Origin: an uncultured Acidobacteriota bacterium
GTDB taxonomy: Bacteria > Acidobacteriota > Terriglobia > UBA7540
Direction of reading: 5' to 3'
NCBI GenBank assembly: GCA_963804995.1
Contig: CAWDSK010000002.1
Location: 128,001-192,000 of the forward strand
Length of the DNA: 64,000 nt
The position numbers were made by a program, and so were the translations under genes. Shown in pieces: positions 60,539-64,000 of the stretch. Numbering within the stretch: position 1 is the first letter of the stretch; each line of letters begins with the position of its first letter. The notes under the pieces are model-generated. The model was not told the DNA's origin. It saw only the letters and a list, made by a program, of their open reading frames with translations, and ran no database searches.

Positions 60539-61579
60539 ATGGACGAACGCAAGCGGCTGACCGCGATGGTGAAAGCGGCGGGTTGAGCGGCCAAGTTGAG
60601 TCCAAGTATTTTGGACTCGGTGCTCTCCAAGTTGCCGAAACAATTCGACCCCAACGTGCTGGTAGGCTTCGAAACTGCCGACGACGCCGGAGTGTATCAA
60701 GTCACCCCCGAATTGGCGCTGGTGCAGACCGTTGATTTCTTTACGCCCATCGTGGATGACCCGTACACCTTCGGCCAGATCGCCGCCGCGAATTCCCTCA
60801 GCGATGTTTACGCGATGGGGGGGCGGCCAATTTCCGCGCTGTCCATCGTCGGGTTTCCGAACACCGGGCGCGACGTCGAGATTCTCGAGAAGATCCTCCA
60901 GGGTGGTCTCGCCAAGATGCAGGAGGCGGGCTGCACGGTGATTGGGGGCCACTCCATCGGCGACGACGAAATCAAATTCGGCTACGCCGTGACCGGGCTC
61001 ATTGATCCGGCCCGCGTGTTGAAGAATGTGGGCGCGCGGCCGGGTGACCGGCTGGTCCTGACCAAGCGCCTCGGAACGGGCGTGATTGGCACTGCCCTGA
61101 AGCAAGACCGCGCGAGCAAACTTTCGGTCGAAGCGGCCATCGAATCCATGTGCACTCTGAATCGGGCGGCCTGCCAGGTGGCCTTGCAGTTCGACGTGCA
61201 CGCCGCCACCGACGTCACCGGCTTCGGATTGCTTGGCCACGCGCGGGAAATGGCGGCGGGCAGCAAAGTGAGTTTCGTGTTCGACTCGACTCAAATCGGC
61301 TTCCTGCCGGAAGCGATTGAATATGCTCGCCAGGGTTTTCTTCCCGGCGGTTTGAAGCGGAACATGGATTTCATTGGCGGCTGCGTGGAGTTCGGCGAGC
61401 CCGTCGTGCAGGAAATCCGAAATCTGCTTTTCGACCCGCAAACCTCCGGTGGGATGTTGTTCTCCGTGACCTCTCAGCAGGCCAGCCAGCTTGTGGAAGC
61501 CCTCCGCGCCAAGGGAGTGGAGGGGCGGCAGGTGGGCGAAGTCATCGAGAAAACGCATCCCCTCATTCAGGTTCGTTGA
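60539..61579 (+). CDS. selD: Selenide, water dikinase (selenoprotein, Sec at codon 16)
   Basis: MDERKRLTAMVKAAG-UGA-AAKLSP; DDAGV, QTVDFF, NSLSD, GGHS, DVTGFGL and DPQTSGG motifs. Confidence 0.95.
60598..60618 (+). promoter_or_regulatory. Candidate bacterial SECIS hairpin
   Basis: GAGTCCAA-GTATT-TTGGACTC, a perfect 8-bp stem 11 nt downstream of the UGA (60584-60586). Confidence 0.7.
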
Positions 61580-61750
61580 ATGCACGTTGACATGTGCCCA
61601 CCGATGCCGGGGCTCATCCTGCCCCCTTGAGGCTGGTCACCCCGACGTGCTCGTTGCTGATGAGTGGGGTTGTTGCGCCGCAGTGGAGGCAAAAGCCGGA
61701 GCGGCCGCCAGTGAAACCTGCATTGCACCTTTTGTCAAACACAGGTTAAT

Positions 61751-62401
61751 ATGACCGCGATGAAAAGTCAGATACCTACGCAATTAATCGTTGGTTTAGG
61801 GATTCTCCTGGTCGGGGGTGGAATCATCGGGGGCGAGTATTTCCTGGTGAAATGGTTTCCGCGCCACAAATTGGCAGTGAAGGAAGAAACATTGAAGCTC
61901 GCGCCTTATCAAAATCGCAGCCTGGGTGTCGAGATGCAGGTGGCAGCGGGCTTTAACGACAAAGTGGAATCCTTTCCGGGCGGCGTGCGGATCTACTCTC
62001 CGAGATTCTGGAGTATTGGCTCCTCCATCACGCTCACCTCGCAGCCGAATCCCGATCAAAGCACCGAGTTCACTCCCCAGGTCCTTGCCAAGTGGCAGAC
62101 CGACGGCGTCACGCAGGATCTTCCGCGCTACCACTTTGAGCACTCGCGGATCAACAATCGCGACGCGGTCCTGATCTGGCAGTACAAAGACCGGGCGATG
62201 CTGCTTACGGCGCGATTTATCTCGCCGGACCGTATTGTGGAGGCGGATTGCACGCCCGGCCGGGCCGACGAGGATCTTTTCATGCAAGCTTGTGATGAGA
62301 CCCTGCGAACCATCAAAGTGGCGGGACCGGAGTCTCCACCGCCTGTTGTCCCAGGCGTGATGGAGATTAATCCCGCGGAGCAAACGCCGAAAAAGCATTA
62401 G
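61751..62401 (+). CDS. Hypothetical membrane-anchored protein
   Basis: One N-terminal TM helix followed by a soluble domain; no family recognised. Confidence 0.75.
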   Translation: MTAMKSQIPTQLIVGLGILLVGGGIIGGEYFLVKWFPRHKLAVKEETLKLAPYQNRSLGVEMQVAAGFNDKVESFPGGVRIYSPRFWSIGSSITLTSQPNPDQSTEFTPQVLAKWQTDGVTQDLPRYHFEHSRINNRDAVLIWQYKDRAMLLTARFISPDRIVEADCTPGRADEDLFMQACDETLRTIKVAGPESPPPVVPGVMEINPAEQTPKKH

Positions 62402-62561
62402 GGGAGGCGTTTTCTCTTTTTGCCGGAGTCGGCGGGGCTCAACGCCGTAAAGCACGATTCACGGCGCAAAGTCTCTTGAGGGTTCTCGTTTCCAGAAGTG
62501 TGCTTCCTGGAATAGAGTAGATGGCTTTGTCGATTGTGAAGGGAGGTCGCTGGGTTGAGCT

Positions 62562-63782
62562 ATGCCAAAGTGGGAACTCATCGAAGGAAACCTTGCTACG
62601 CCGTTGGGATTTCGCGGCGCCGCAGTTGCAGCGGGAATCAAGCAAAAGCGCGACGCCCTGGATCTCGCCCTGGTTTTTTCGGACGTACCGGAAACAACTT
62701 CGGCTGGGGTCTTTACCACGAATCGGGTTGCGGCAGCTCCGGTCCTGCTCTCGCGGCAGAACCTGATCGAGAGCCGCGGTGGTTGCCGGGCCATCGTGGC
62801 CAATTCCGGAAACGCCAATGCGTGCACAGGACGCGAGGGGCTGCGCACCGCGCAGGAGACCGCGCGCGCCGCCGCCGAACTGTTGGACATTAAGCCGGAA
62901 CAGGTCCTGGTAGCTTCCACGGGTATCATCGGTGTTCCCCTGCCGGCGGAAAAGATTGTGAAGCAACTCCCCAAACTGTGCGGGATGCTCTCCCAGGAGA
63001 ACGCTGCTGGGGCCGCCCAGGCCATCATGACCACCGACACCGTTCAGAAAACCTGTGTGATCCGATCGGAGTCAAAAGGCAAAACCGCGCACATCGCCGG
63101 GATTGCCAAAGGCGCGGGGATGATTCATCCGCACATGGCCACCATGCTCTGCTTCTTGACCACAGATGCGGCCATCGGCCCGCGCATGCTGCAGAACCTG
63201 CTCAGCGCGGCGGTTGAGGATTCCTTCAACCGCGTCACCGTGGACGGCGACACTTCCACCAACGATACCGTCGTAGTTTTGGCCAGTGGCCTTTCGGAGG
63301 TCTCGGTGATTCCCGGGAACGACAGCCGGGGATGGTTTATGGAGGGGATTTCCCAGGTATGCCAGACCCTCGCCCGCATGATTGCTCGCGATGGTGAAGG
63401 GGCCACCAAGCTGGTCACGGTTGATGTTGTCGGGGCGCGAACTCCGCTGGAGGCTGACCGCGCCGCGCGGGCGATTGCCAACTCCCCCCTGGTGAAGACC
63501 GCCATTGCCGGCGCTGACCCCAACTGGGGCCGCATCGCCTGCGCCGCGGGTTACTCGGGCGCAAAATTCGATCCCAACAAAATCGACATTTCCGTGAACA
63601 GTCTGTTCGTTTGCCGTAAAGGCATTGACGCCGGTTTTGACATGGCGGCCGCTCAAAAGGAAATGAGCGGGAAGGAAGTTACGATTCGTGTGGATTTGCA
63701 CGCGGGAAGGTCTTCAGCGCGCATGTGGACTTGTGACTATACGGAAGAATACATCAAGGTTAATACGTCGTTTCGCACCTAA
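62562..63782 (+). CDS. argJ: Bifunctional ornithine acetyltransferase/N-acetylglutamate synthase
   Basis: NSGNANACTG, IMTTDT, KGAGMIHPHMATML, DTSTND, DGEGATK and DPNWGR motifs. Confidence 0.97.
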   Translation: MPKWELIEGNLATPLGFRGAAVAAGIKQKRDALDLALVFSDVPETTSAGVFTTNRVAAAPVLLSRQNLIESRGGCRAIVANSGNANACTGREGLRTAQETARAAAELLDIKPEQVLVASTGIIGVPLPAEKIVKQLPKLCGMLSQENAAGAAQAIMTTDTVQKTCVIRSESKGKTAHIAGIAKGAGMIHPHMATMLCFLTTDAAIGPRMLQNLLSAAVEDSFNRVTVDGDTSTNDTVVVLASGLSEVSVIPGNDSRGWFMEGISQVCQTLARMIARDGEGATKLVTVDVVGARTPLEADRAARAIANSPLVKTAIAGADPNWGRIACAAGYSGAKFDPNKIDISVNSLFVCRKGIDAGFDMAAAQKEMSGKEVTIRVDLHAGRSSARMWTCDYTEEYIKVNTSFRT

Positions 63783-64000
63783 TACAGCCTTGTCAAGGCT
63801 CCGCGCGTCAATGATAGACGGGCGGGCAGACACCGCCTTAGGCGGCGAGGAATGGGCGCAGGAATTCTGCTGAGGCCCGAATCTCCTCCAGGCCGTTCAC
63901 GCCGTCTTCAATTGAAACCCAACCCGTAAAGCCCACTTCCCGCAAGGTGCGGAAGATGTGCGGGTAGTCATTCATCCCTTTACCAATCACACCGTGCGCC

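Noticed and set aside
60596..61579. selD as a truncated gene or pseudogene starting at TTG 60596
   Set aside because: The upstream frame continues through a UGA at the catalytic position and is followed by a SECIS-like hairpin.

Overview
GC-rich bacterial chromosomal segment. The gene repertoire (Oar-type TonB receptor plus TPR protein, DUF1800/DUF1501, alpha-2-macroglobulin, many REP-like palindromes) suggests Acidobacteriota (inference). Core genes are gyrB (partial), gyrA, larE, a GlmS homolog, an IlvC-like protein, sthA, udk, selD (in-frame UGA, selenocysteine) and argJ, mixed with hydrolases, deacetylases and oxidoreductases. One complete ISKra4-type IS has a 9-bp target duplication. Accessory patches: (i) about 3 kb between gyrB and gyrA, with a recoded duplicate of the gyrB 3' end, toxin-antitoxin cassettes, and an orphan 'STGP'-motif gene followed by AT-rich repeats; (ii) a 1.8-kb non-coding region (16.2-18.0 kb) with an array of the same AT-rich motif and DnaA-box-like sites; (iii) a TA/nuclease patch at 56.4-58.3 kb. 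Best leads: the shared 28-bp motif arrays with their orphan protein, cassette capture at the gyrB 3' end, a GlmS lacking both Cys1 and Glu488, a GIY-YIG fusion, and nested micro-palindromes. At least seven ordinary genes are frameshifted, probably through sequencing indels, so single-base claims need read-level checks. No rRNA, tRNA or CRISPR array was seen. All family calls come from motif recognition by eye, not database searches.
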